DNA from: Octopus sinensis
Lineage: Eukaryota
NCBI RefSeq assembly: GCF_006345805.1
Contig: NC_043006.1
Span: 77,314,001 to 77,378,000, forward strand
DNA length: 64,000 nucleotides
Direction: 5' to 3'
In this document: positions 39,102 to 52,093 of the stretch, piece by piece
Layout of the letters: every line of letters starts with the position of its first letter
How positions within the stretch are numbered: the first letter of the stretch is position 1
Translations under genes and position numbers: made by a program
Notes under the pieces: model-generated
What the model saw: only the letters and a program-made list of their open reading frames with translations
The model's database searches: none
Told to the model about the DNA's origin: nothing

Positions 39102-39107
<6 letters not shown>
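37998..39107. repeat. Inverted pair of a 110-150-bp repeat, about 840 bp apart, each arm embedded in (TA)n
   Basis: ATAAATATTAGGGAATAAATCCAAA (38001-38025) is the exact reverse complement of 39080-39104. TATGTATTGATTAAGTCTTTCCTTGTTTG.TTTGCAAAATAG.GGTTTTGTCTC (38049-38102) pairs with 38967-39021. Confidence 0.85.
38530..38820 (+). mobile_element. Heavily decayed SINE family D copy
   Basis: GTGTCACTTTGGATCCCCATAAGAACTACG...ATTTCACGTGCGGG...GTTGATCAGATCAACTGGA..GTTGTAACCGA is collinear with the 3' half of the intact element at 58801-59189. A tRNA-like head remnant lies at about 38532-38590. Confidence 0.5.
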
Positions 39108-39145
<38 letters not shown>

Positions 39146-40240
39146 TATATATATACATATACTGATGTTCTTTTATCGCGTTATGTTGTATCATACACTT
39201 GAAGTCAAATTAAACACAATCTTGTTTGTATTAGTATGCGATCTGTCAGAAATGTCTTACCTACATGTTGTTTTATTGAATTTACTAACAATAAATATCT
39301 TGGAAGTTAACTAAAATTGTTTAATGTTAATATCTAGTATTTGCATGTGTACGTCGTATATCAAACAACACATGTCCTATATGTTTATTTGACACATTTT
39401 CACCTCTTTTTTCTAATGAAATGAAGAAAAAAAATACAGAGACTGTTTCATAGCATATAATTAGGTTATCAACTACGGTCTCTTTGAAATAAAATTGGCT
39501 CCGATTGTTCTTCATATTCAAACGCAAGTCGGCAACGTTGAAGGTTGGAAAGGTGTTATCGCGCGAAGCTATAGTAACAATCAGATAAATGTTGATGTTT
39601 AATTGATTTTTATATCTCTCAAATGACACACGTAAGGTTGTAAAGCGGAGAATCAATAGCAGAGAACAAGCTTTGATGTTAAGGTATCCAACTAATGGGG
39701 TGTATTTTTGTTACATCTTTAACTATAAGTACTTTATTCGCGGAAATTCTGATGCAAATTCTGAAGCGACAAAAATTTTGTTTTAGGAAGTATTAACTCT
39801 AAATCGATTTCAGCAATAGAGACGATGAATAACAATGACAGAATTATTTCTATCTTTGAACCTCCAGGTCGGCTGTGCTCGAGTAGATCGAGTAGATATA
39901 TCCTCAAAACAATTTCAGTGTTTTTTTTTTCTTCTTACTTTTTTTTTACACCTATTTCGATTTTTCAGATATAGCGTGTTTCTTTCTACAATATGTATTG
40001 TGTACTTTCTATTCTGAATCTATTTACGTTTAAAATGAAAAATAATATGACCGATTCACTGGTGTTTCTGGCAAGTCAAACCACAGTATAGAGGTATCTT
40101 CCAGGATAAGTAGACCGAGCATCATGTTCACGATGGTTATAGATATAAAATGTTTAAAACGAAGGACAGGAGTTGCGTTACAAAAAAGGATAGCTTCAAA
40201 AAGAGCCTACTAAAGTTGAGAAGCATATTACAATTCTATG

Positions 40241-40308
<68 letters not shown>

Positions 40309-40369
40309 TGTGAATAGTTATTATTTAAAAATAATCTCCTTCAGGGACTCGTCTAAAGAATAGGGCTTT

Positions 40370-40600
40370 GCATTCAAAGATGTCTGAAAACGTGAGATCA
40401 TTGCATATGGAGTTCGCGAACAAGAGTAGGGAAAATAAAGCTCAGAGATAATAAAAAACCCAAACATTAGAATCTGAGATGAATAGAAGGATTGGATCAG
40501 AAATCTAATATTACAGACTGAATGGTGGACACAATCTGAAAGGCGGAGAGAAGAGGAGCAAGATGAGTGGTCGCTGATGGAGGACAACAAAATTACCAAG
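40370..40600 (+). mobile_element. Highly degenerate RTE-like LINE ORF2 fragment
   Basis: Across stops and frameshifts it reads IIAYG.. / NIRI*DE*KDWIRN / ITD*MVDTI*KAERR / LMEDNKITK, compared with the RTE pattern VLTYG.ETW...NIR..D.I.NEWIR..T.V.D..DTI.K.K.RWAGHVARM.DNRWTK. Confidence 0.45.
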
Positions 40601-41846
40601 CTATGAAAAATAGAGATCAGTGTGGTAGCGGTAGAAAAGTATGTGAAAAGAATAAAGGTTTGGGTGCTAGATTTTGTGGCGTGTTGATGAAATATTTAAG
40701 TGCACGACCATATTCTATCTTGCCAATAGTGATTTATGCTTTGGTACCTGCTACTTCCAACTATATATTTCACAGTGTCCACTATTTCAATATGCCTATT
40801 TGATAATTTTGTTTTATATGTATTACTGATTCTCATTGTTAAAAACTATTTTTTAAAATATAGATGTCCAGGTATGATATTATTTTTTCTAACTGTTTAA
40901 AGGAACATACATTTCACACGTGAAAAACACGTCACTCACTCACTAAAAGCAAACAGCATTAAAGTAAATTCTTGAAGGTCAATGCTTCCTGAAATCCTCC
41001 AACCTCTTAAGAAGAAAAAAATCCATGCACGCGCTAACACCCAGCATAAAAATTACATCAAAATACACCCCAGAAGCAGAAAATATTTTATCTGCTGACA
41101 TTTCCGAACTCACAGCAAATTCCATGTAAACCCACTCATGTAGAGATCCCACTTCTGGAGAGTTCTTTGGCAGCACTAGCAATACTAAATGCATTATTAA
41201 AGTGGCCATTCAGAATGTCATGGTTAACGCTGCTACCTACGAAGTGAAGAAATATACAAGTGATTATCCTCTCACAATCACACTAACATATGTAATATTT
41301 GAAGTGCATGTATATATCTATAATAATGCACTATATATGTGTGTATATATATATAATATGATATATATATATATAGAATATATAACCATATATGTATAAA
41401 TAAATATATGATATATATAATATATATTCATATATGTATATACATACACACACCCACACACACACACACACCCATATATATATAAATATATATATATATC
41501 CCTCTCTCTCTTCCTCTCCCTACTTTCTCTCTCTCCCCTTCTCTCTTTCTCTCTCGCATTATATTTGTGTGTATTTTATTCCAATTAGAGATACGGGTTC
41601 TGACTGATACATGCGAGAAAAGCATTGCTATATAACTATAATTGTCTTTGAATTAAATATGATAACCCGAAATTATTTGATGTAGTCACGAGATCATACG
41701 ATGAAGTCGGCTTAAGTTTGTGACTTGTTAGAATGAAACTACTTAGACTTACTTCTGAAAAGATTCTTCTGTAAAATGTCGGTCTTCTTGTGATGTTGCA
41801 TTATACATTTTGCAACCAATCAATATGCACACAATTATTCTTATAG

Positions 41847-41987
41847 GGAAGGAGTTCATTAATTTAGACAAAGTGGTAAATTTAAAATCATTAGTAGATT
41901 CAAATCATAGTATATCTAATTCGTTAGATAAACTCAATATCAGTATGGTGGTAAATACCGTCTCTCAAGCCTTCCTACCGGGAATTT
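41847..41987 (+). CDS. Candidate internal coding exon (141 nt, symmetric phase 1), product unknown
   Basis: Acceptor TTATTCTTATAG| at 41846 and donor |GTAAGA at 41988. Only one frame is open: KEFINLDKVVNLKSLVDSNHSISNSLDKLNISMVVNTVSQAFLPGI. No homology recognised. Confidence 0.2.
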
Positions 41988-42665
41988 GTAAGATATGAAT
42001 GTAATTTCAAATCTTCGACCAATAATAATCGACAAATACGTAATGCAATTTGTAAGCATATATTCAAATTATGAGTATATATTCAAATTATTAGTATTTT
42101 TAGCACGGATTTCATTATGACTACAATGCACTAACAAAGTAGATTAAAAGATACAAATACCCCAGATCACAAAAGTAAGAAAGAGATTGTTTTATCGTAT
42201 AAATTCCATATAATTTAAGTGTTCATCCCGAATTTAGGATGATTTACGTCAAGTATTTAACTATTCCTGGTCGGTTACAGACATAAATTGAAGAAAATTA
42301 ATGAGCGGCGTTAAGGGGATATACCCATGCAATGTTATAGCAAACATATGCAGTAGAAACATGTAATGGATGAATTGGTAAAACACCATATACTGGAAAA
42401 GAACGAAACATTTGATTTATCTGCAGAATGTGTCTTTGTAAAGTATTAGTCAATTGGGGTATGGTTTCCCTGCAAGTGACAATTAAACGAAAAGCAATAC
42501 ACAGTTCAGTGAAGACATGTTTAAAGAAGATTCTTCCAAAAGAAAGAAAATGAACATAAAAAGAAAGAACAGTTAATTAATAAGAATGATATAGGATGAA
42601 GGAAGAAGAAATAATATCGTTCTCACAGATAGTGGAATGTTTACATTTCCCTCTCATTAAAGGTG

Positions 42666-42921
42666 TGGAGGCACTTGGCTTAGTGGTTAGGGTGTTGAAC
42701 TCATGATCGTAAGGTTGTGGTTTCGATTCCTGGACCGGGCGATGCGTTGTGTTCTTGAGCAAAACACTTCGTTTTCACATTGCTCCAGTCCACTCAGCGG
42801 GCAAAAATGAGTAATCCTGCGACGGACCGGCATCCTGCCCATGTGGGGAATTTCTATGCCACTGAAACCGGGAAAACGGCCCTATCTGCCTGGCATAGCT
42901 CGAGAAGGAACATTTATCTTA
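42666..42921 (+). mobile_element. tRNA-derived SINE, family C, with 12-bp TSD
   Basis: A box TGGCTTAGTGG, B box GGTTTCGATTCC, central TGCTCCAGTCCACTCAGC..GCAAAAATGAGTA. TSD TCATTAAAGGTG at 42654-42665 and 42922-42933. Confidence 0.9.
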
Positions 42922-42930
42922 TCATTAAAG

Positions 42931-42981
42931 GTGGACATGGCAGGTTGGAAGAAAACAATTATCATCTTATTTGCAGATAAG
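42931..42981 (+). CDS. Candidate 51-nt exon, product unknown
   Basis: Acceptor TTATCATTAAAG| and strong donor AAG|GTATGC. Two frames are open (VDMAGWKKTIIILFADK in phase 0). No homology recognised. Confidence 0.15.
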
Positions 42982-43484
42982 GTATGCTTCCTATTTAGCA
43001 TTCAGATATATTATATGTGCATATCTTCTGCAGCATTAGCCAATTTTCATCTTTCCATACACAATATTTCAAATATTTTTGACTTTCATTTACTTAAGGT
43101 CTACATTTTCAATAACTCTATTTATCTGCCATACTTCACACAGGACTGATTGTTAATTCGGTTACTTAATTTGGTTTTCTAATGCTTCTCAGTGATTGGA
43201 ATGGGAAAGGTGCGATCGTGAAAGTTTTCTTGCTCAACAATTTGGTCATACTAATATAGTATCAGGCTTCACAAAACACTATTTATAGATGAATTAGTTA
43301 TTCACACAACATATGACAAACGATGTTTCAATTTGTACTGGTGTTAATAGATTATTGGATTTCTCTTAGGAAACTTTAAACTAGGTGTTTCGAGAAGTTT
43401 GATCGATGCCCAACACGCTCTTCTCTGGGGAGTAAAGTTATGAAAGTAGGTTTCGCAGGCGGAAACTGAAAAATCCCCTCGTAT

Positions 43485-43520
<36 letters not shown>

Positions 43521-43688
43521 ATGGGTGTGTATGTGTGCTCATATACATGTATGTAATCTAGCATTCGTACATATATATATATGTACATACGCACACACAC
43601 ACACATATGTATATATTTTCATGTATATATATATATATGCATATATATGTATATATGTATATGCATATATATGTATATATCTATATGC

Positions 43689-43717
<29 letters not shown>

Positions 43718-43721
<4 letters not shown>

Positions 43722-44022
43722 TCGTTTTTAGATTTGGTTGGCAAGATTCTTTAATTGAGTTCGTGTGTTGAAGCATATTCTGTTGTTTGGGAATAGTCAT
43801 TTTCTTTTTGTGTTTTATAGTTGAACATACCGTCCAGTATAAATTTCCACTTATGTCTTATTTTTATTTTCCTTGCAACCATTTCAATAGCATTGACTCA
43901 AGACTATTGAAAGTGTTGCAAGACGCAACGACAATTTTAGGAAATTAACAATATGAAATAAGTGGTGTGTATGTTAATTATAAGGCACGAAAAGAAAATG
44001 ACTCTCCCCAGACACAACAGTA
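43718..44022. mobile_element. Fold-back element, family F1 (copy 2)
   Basis: Arms 43780-43830 and 43969-44019 are imperfect reverse complements. A central palindrome CTTGCAAC..TTTCAATAG..TTGA|C|TCAA..CTATTGAAAG.GTTGCAAG spans 43872-43922. (TA)n on both flanks. Homologous to 27195-27478. Confidence 0.8.
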
Positions 44023-44043
44023 TCTATATATTATATATATATA

Positions 44044-44097
<54 letters not shown>

Positions 44098-45439
44098 TTA
44101 ATAAGGGTGAGAGAATTAGATACTAATTTAATAGTGTGATCCATATAGTGACCACTCTCTTATATTTATTTATATATATATATATATATAGATATATATA
44201 TATATATATATATATAAAATCATTGGTGTTAAACTGATATTATTAAATTAATATAGAATTTTTCACCCTCATTTTGATTTTAATTCTATACATATATATA
44301 GTGACGGGTGGAACACTCTGTTAACGGACAAGGTAGACAACCTCCATACAGCAAACAAGAGCGTCAGATTAATGGTGATTTCGGATTGAATTAATCCTCA
44401 TCCGTGAAGCTGCACCATTCCCTAGGGTTAAGCTCACTCGCTCTCTCAGTTTATAAACTGACATATACATCTGTGTGTGAGTGTGTGTGCGCGCGCGCGC
44501 GTGTATACATGTGTCACCATTTATAAACTTATTTTGACCAACAACACCCCCTTGCATAGCCGCAGTTTTGTGACAACCATCTCAACATTATTACCGACTA
44601 GTACAATATAAATGCGTTTGTTTCTTCACAGATATATCAATCGTGTTTTTTTAAGCGAGGCTCAGTACAAAAATAATATCACACTAGAAATTCATTTTGA
44701 CTTGTTGTTTCATAACGATTCCTCTCTAAATGTTCATACGGACACCCAAGCATACATACTCCAAATGTCTTTTAACCAAATATTCGATGCTATTATTTAT
44801 AGCTGTATTTGCTGCGAAATAAATAATTGTGTTTGTATGTATGTATGTACGTATATATGCGTTTTAGTTACACTCACTCTGACACACATAAGCACAGACG
44901 TCCATTCGTTCACACACACACACCGACACAAAACACACACACATAAATATATATATAATTTAATCTTTTATCATTTTGTGGAAATTTTAAACTGTGTGTT
45001 TGGGTGACTATTTTTAGAATAGAACTTCGTATTAGAGAAAATAGCAATGCCAAATGTGTAAAAGTTAGAACAATATGATTAGATGCTTTAAACAAAAACA
45101 AAAAAAAGCTTCAATTGTGAAATACAACACCTCAAGCGATGACGAAAGAGATCAAGAAACAAAGAAATAAATCGGGAAAAAAACGGATAAATGGTATTCG
45201 AATCTGATATTTGTCTCGATTTTAATTTTTTCCTCTTTGCACAACTTTCTGTAATTTATGTTGTGATTCTCACTTATTTATAGTAAGCAGACAATGAAAT
45301 CAAGATGGACGGGATTATGCAAACTATAGATTATTTTACGGCGTTTTGCTTCCTAATATTTTGTTTAACTTTTCTGTCAATTGATAAATTCCTATTTTAG
45401 AAAATTATCCCATGCAACCATATCGGGTTGCTACACGTA

Positions 45440-46045
45440 TGTGTATATATTTAACTACTGTTATGTATATAATATATATATATATATGTAATGTGTATAT
45501 ATGTAATATGTATAATATTATATACTTTATATATATATGTATGTATATATATATGTATGTATATATATGTGTATGTATATATGTATGTATATATGCATGT
45601 ATATGTATATACATGTATGTATATATGTATATGTATATATATGTATGTATATATATATGTATATATATGTATATATATGCATATATACGTATGCATATAT
45701 ATATGTATATATATGTATCTATATATATGTATGCATATATATGTATCTATATATATGTATGTATATATATGTATCTATATATATGTATGTATATATATGT
45801 ATATATATATATATGTATATATATATATGTATATATATGTATATATATATATGTATATATATGTATGTATATATATATATGTATATATGTATGTATATAT
45901 GTATATGTATGTATATATATGTATATATATGTATATATATTTATATGTATATATATGTATGTATATATATATATGTATATGTATGTATATGTAGATGTAT
46001 ATATATGTATATGTATGTATATATATATATCTATATGTATATATA

Positions 46046-46085
<40 letters not shown>
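45440..46085. repeat. About 650-bp compound TA/TATG low-complexity tract
   Basis: Directly visible; the source of the 128-224 aa Y/I/M/C ORFs. Confidence 0.95.
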
Positions 46086-46089
<4 letters not shown>

Positions 46090-46624
46090 GCACTCGAACG
46101 TGTGTGCGTGAGTACTTGAGGGTGTTTGCGCATCTATTGAGGTAGGGCTATAAAGCCCACTTTAGAAATCAATGAAATTGGAGTTTAAATTATTCTTACT
46201 TTACATTTAATCTTAAAAACATAAATTCTGTAATCGCCAGCAGGTAACACTCTAGAACTGTATATTGTTATACTCTAATGTGAAGTCGTTCGTACAGAAT
46301 TATGCATACAAATGCAATGGAAAATATAAGATATATGTGCATATCAGCATTGTGAATATTCGATCAAATGTAAAACAAGAGGTAAAATACATTTGGATAA
46401 ACATCTACTAGGTGATAAAAGCAAAACGATCTAAATATTAAATTACGAAAATTGAGAGTCATATGATAAAGCTGTCGTCTAAAATGTATGCAATATAAAT
46501 ATTTCCTCGACGGTTAATATATTTAAAGAAAACCAGAAAAAATTATTGCTATCAAAACACAAAAATATCACGTTACAACACACACATACACATACACACA
46601 CAAGTATATATGTGTATGGGTGTG

Positions 46625-46656
<32 letters not shown>

Positions 46657-46778
46657 CGTGTGTGTATGTGCGTCTCACATGAACATATATCTTGGAAAGA
46701 AACTTAAACGATGTCGAATACTTTCTTCCATAAAATGTGAACCGCATGTGAATGGTTACTGAGTAGGTGATTACACTT

Positions 46779-46828
46779 GTGGTGCTCCAGCCTGGTTACA
46801 GTCTTTGGGCTGAGAAATATTAAAGAAA
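46779..46828 (+). mobile_element. Isolated 3' tail of SINE family B or its partner LINE
   Basis: GTGGTGCTCCAGCCTGGTTACAGTC...CTGAGAAATATTAAAGAAA compared with the tail consensus GGCGGTGCTCCAGCATGGCCACAGTC...CTGAAACAAGTAAAAGA. Confidence 0.5.
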
Positions 46829-47536
46829 TATGACAATATATATATATGTGTGTGTGTGTGTGTGTATATTTATGTATGTATATATATATATATATTATAT
46901 ATGCACACACACATATATATAAGCACATATATATACATATATATATATGCATTACTGTGTGTGTTTATAATATGGCAGTCAAAGTGTATCATCCTGTTCA
47001 TTATCTATGTAATGAGATTCTTTCACTTGTTCCGTAACCCTTCCGTTAATGAGAGAAACCTCTGAAAATATTTTACGAAGCTAAAAATTAATGTTAGCTG
47101 TAAATCAAGTGTTTGACTGTAGAAATGTCGGTTTATAGTCACAAACTGGAACAAAAAAAAGCATGATACTAAGAGAAAATAAACCCCTTTTATATGCCAT
47201 GTATCCTAATTCTAAAGTAATGAATAATATAGAGGAGTCAATGAAAATAAAAGTGATGATTACAAGTGCCGGCTTAAAATACTATTTACAAGATTTTATA
47301 TTAAAGGAAGATGGGAAAATGATTAGTCGTTTCAGCATACTAAGATAATCTTCTTTTATTTTTGTTACCAGTAATGCTTTCTTTACCTTTTTATGTAACT
47401 AACCACGTAGTTATGTCAACGTCAGAAAATATCTTATCACAGAAGCACTTTCAGTCTTCAGTTATGTTGATAATCATGGCGGTATTTCCGTTTAATTCAG
47501 TCAAATAAATATTTCTTTCATAAGCGGTATGTCAAG

Positions 47537-47591
<55 letters not shown>

Positions 47592-48016
47592 CACATACAC
47601 ACACACATACACATACACACATGTGTCAAGATATATATATATATATATATATACAGACATACACATACACACACACATACACATACACACATGTTCTCTC
47701 TCTCACTTCCTCCTCATCCACCTCACCCTCTTATACTGTCTTGTTCCTCCCCACTACTACGAAACTCTATAAAATGACCAAATTCCCCACAAAAGAATTA
47801 ATTTGATTTGAAAACCCCACTGGAATGGGAGAAATCGCTAATAATCTGAATGATATGATCTGAATGATATGATATATATATGAAAAAAATGTAATATATA
47901 AATAAATATCTATAAATATGAACCATCCGATCTTCTGATTACCTCATTTCTTCTAATATATATATATATAATATATATATATAATATATATATACATATG
48001 TGTGGATGTGTGTATG

Positions 48017-48076
<60 letters not shown>

Positions 48077-48429
48077 CGTATTTGCCTACATGCCTATATG
48101 TATGATATATACAATGGTATATACATATGTATATATAATATAAAGTTGTACAGGAATAACTACGAATACACACGAGCGTGGCTATTTGTATCTAAGAGCA
48201 TATGAACACACGCATTTACCCAGATTATGCTTGTTTAACTCTTCCAGCATGCATTTAAAATATACTTATACGTTAAACACATCGGGTGGTAGGCAGCCTT
48301 GACACAAATTCTTGAATCTTTTTTTTTGTCTTTTTTTTACACGTAACTATACAGTCTAGAATGTAGGAACTTGTATCAGCTTTACACCTCACTTCTCCAA
48401 TAAATATAGAGAACGAAACTTCTTAGATG

Positions 48430-48537
48430 TTTTGTTTGATACACATGTACGAAGGTAGATATCTAAGTAGGTAGATAAGAACGTACGTATTTAGGTGAGT
48501 TCGTTGATATCCACATTATAATATAATATATATTGGT
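48430..48537 (+). repeat. Dispersed about 105-bp repeat, copy 1 (partner at 56020-56118)
   Basis: GTGAGTTCGTTGATATCCACATTAT is identical at 48495-48519 and 56076-56100, and the flanks are similar (ATGTA.GAAGGTAGA...GATAAGAA.GTA.GTATTT; ATATTATATA.ATTGGT). Confidence 0.85.
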
Positions 48538-48844
48538 TTCGAGTAATGAAATAGTTCATACGAAAACCTGGAAAACTTATGTGAATCTCTCCTAACGACA
48601 GAATAAAATTTCACTCATATTTCGCAATTTTATTGTGCTTAATATACTAGTAATGTGTTGTAAACTCACAATATGTCACGAAGGTAATTTGACCCTCTCA
48701 TGCAAAGTTCATAAGCCCAGTTGATCAGATCGATATAACCATAAATATATTAGATAGGAAAATTTCAAGACATCGACGGTATAAACGCATACACACAGGA
48801 TGAAGTTTTATATCTACACACACACACGTGAATGGATATATATA

Positions 48845-49040
<196 letters not shown>

Positions 49041-49106
49041 AGATAGAGATATACATATTTATATACACTCATATGTGTATATTACAATATATGTTTACAT
49101 ATATAT

Positions 49107-49140
<34 letters not shown>

Positions 49141-49329
49141 TCCTGAATACATAACCATTATAATCATATGTATGTATGAGTATATGTATGGCGTGTATGT
49201 TTAGTATATATTTGATGTACTTATAAATTCGTGATGATATAAGTATATATAATATTTATAAAAATGTACACATAGAGATATTTGTTTATTTTCATCTCTC
49301 TATTTTTTCTCTCTCATACACTCTCTCTG

Positions 49330-49412
<83 letters not shown>

Positions 49413-49524
49413 ATATATATATGCATATATACATGTATATATATACATACGTTTATATATATTATATAAATATGCGTGTATGTATATTATACCTGCATAT
49501 ATGTATATACATACATATATATAT

Positions 49525-49575
<51 letters not shown>

Positions 49576-50969
49576 GCAGATATGTGGTCATGCGTGTGCG
49601 TGTGTGTTTGACTATGTCAGTTTATGCGAACAAACAATAGTTACAATATAGTTTCGTTTGTTATATTTAATTGTTTGATCTAACCCTTTACACACCATAT
49701 CAAGCAGATCGATACTTTGAAGTTTTGAGCCTTTGTTTAGCTTCCTTCTGCATCGTTGATAGTGATATAAAAGATTATACATGAAATATTGTCAGTTTTA
49801 TCATGAAATGTTCTCAAATAAGATCTATCAATAATTTGAACTTTACTATTTTCCACAAAAATAACTCGGAAAATAACCTGATAAAAAAGTTGATTTTTAT
49901 TGTTCTACTATCTGTTTTTATAATCAATAAACTTATAACTAAAGCTAACTATATTTAGCTCTGTTAAATTATTAGGTTAAACAATAAATACCATTTAATG
50001 TCTAGAATTGGGAAATGAAAAGAATCTGAAAACATAGAAATATAATATTTAATCATTCCTTTCGAACGTTTGGTGTTAAAATCCTTCTATATTCAATAGA
50101 GAAATAAGCATACCATGTTCTAAACAGTGGATATCATATTTCTCAATGTCTTAAGTCGTTGTTTTATTCTCCTTTTCACATTGACAACTGTTCAGAAAGA
50201 TTATATACTAAAACCTATAGCAGCCACTAATGGATATAAAAAGAAATGGCTGTCAGAATGTAAATGCATTAAACCTTATTCTCTGGCTATCAATATAGAT
50301 TTCATACTAAAAGAAACATAAGAACTACAGTCCTCAAACTCATATCTATTGACCTGACATTGATATTCAGCTAAACCACATCAGTAAAATCCAAACTGAA
50401 AATATATATAAAGGACTTCACGAATGCTATTCAATAAAATCGCTGTGAAATCTGTAGAAATACATTTGATATTCCAGCGATGCAAAACAATATACTCCAC
50501 ATTTGTAACGTTGTCAAAACAGCTCATTGTCTCAGAACAGCGAATATATGTATGATATGAATCATTCAGATATATTTTTATTATTTCTCTCACCGTATGT
50601 CTGTGGTTAGAAAACATTCCAGCGCAGTAAATTTGCCACTAAAAGCAGAAAATGACTGTAAAAGAACACGCGGAAGCTTAATAATATTTTCTCAAGAACA
50701 AGATAAAGTTTTGGGTTCATAAGGTGAAGGAAAAAGGTGACATTTGCCTCATTTACTAATTCATAGCCATTCACATATACACCGACAATACACATTCACA
50801 TGCACACAATCATACGCAAACCCATACGCGCGCACACACACAGGTATACGCACACAAACACATATGCATATATACATACAGATATTTATATATACATGTA
50901 TATATGTGTGTGTATATACATATACATATACATATATATATATATTTATATATATATATATGGAAAATA

Positions 50970-51308
50970 GTCAAGGTAGTAAATGCTAAAATACATTCAT
51001 TGAGACGTTTTCAACTGTAAGTATGGAAAACAATTAAATTTTGGAAAAATTAAGAGTTTTTAAAAGAATATTTGCATAGTATTCAAATACACAACGACCT
51101 CGAACCCACAAGAGTAAACAAGAGAGACAGAGACAAACAGAAACAAGTAAAATGCCCCTTTGTATTTGAATACTATTCAAATATTCTTTTAAAAAAACTT
51201 TTTTTTTAAATTTTCTAAAATTTATTGTTTTCCATACTTACAACTGAAAAAGTCTTAATGACAGAAATGCTTTTTTTATAAAATTATTTTAGCATTTTCT
51301 ACCTTGGC
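50970..51308. mobile_element. Fold-back element, family F2
   Basis: Left arm 50970-51091 (GTCAAGGTAG.AAATGCTAAAAT...TGTAAGTATGGAAAACAAT...TTTTTAAAAGAATATTTG.ATAGTATTCAAATACA) is the imperfect reverse complement of 51161-51308. Loop about 69 bp; (TA)n on the left. Confidence 0.85.
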
Positions 51309-51361
51309 TTTTTTCTTTATATATCAACTCGTGTGTTCCTTTTCAACATTCTACACAATAT

Positions 51362-51421
<60 letters not shown>

Positions 51422-51624
51422 CAGCATGTTTTACGCAATAAGATAAAAACCAAGGCTGTGTAGATATTAGAACATTTATAGATAGGTCTTACAGTATATA
51501 TATTCTGAAGGGATAAATTAATAAATATCCCAGAAACAGCTGTAAGACCTATCTATAAATGTTCTAATATCTACACACCCTTGGTTTTTTTATCTTATTG
51601 CGCAAAAAATTCTTATATATATAT

Positions 51625-51790
51625 ATACGACAGGAATATTTCACTTTCCGTCAACCAAATCTACTCACAAGGCTTTGGTCGGCCCGAGGCTAAAGTTGTA
51701 GGTACTTGCAGAAAGTTCCATGCTGTGTAACTGGATCTGGAACTATCTGTTTCGCTAGCATGCTTCTTACCACCCAGTCACTCGTGCGGA
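51625..51790 (-). mobile_element. Partial SINE family B (5' half)
   Basis: TTTCCGTCAACCAAATCTACTCACAAGGCTTTGGTCGGCCCGAGGCTA is the reverse complement of the family B body. Confidence 0.8.
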
Positions 51791-51897
51791 TATTTCTGTA
51801 ACAAAGGCTAACACTGTTATCACATATATTTCACAAATAATTCATTCTTTACGAGAATGTTCTAGTTTTCACCTGACGAAGAGATTGTAATGTTTCT

Positions 51898-51951
<54 letters not shown>

Positions 51952-52055
51952 TGAGTGTGTGTGTGCTTGCGTGTGTATATGTGTGTATGTATATGCGTGT
52001 GTGTATTTATATATATGCATATATATTTATATAGGTATATATATGTACATACAAT

Positions 52056-52093
<38 letters not shown>

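Noticed and set aside
50440-50570. CEICRNTF, a C2H2 zinc-finger-like start
   Set aside because: His spacing is wrong, there is no TGEKP linker and no tandem fingers, and it is preceded by an in-frame stop.
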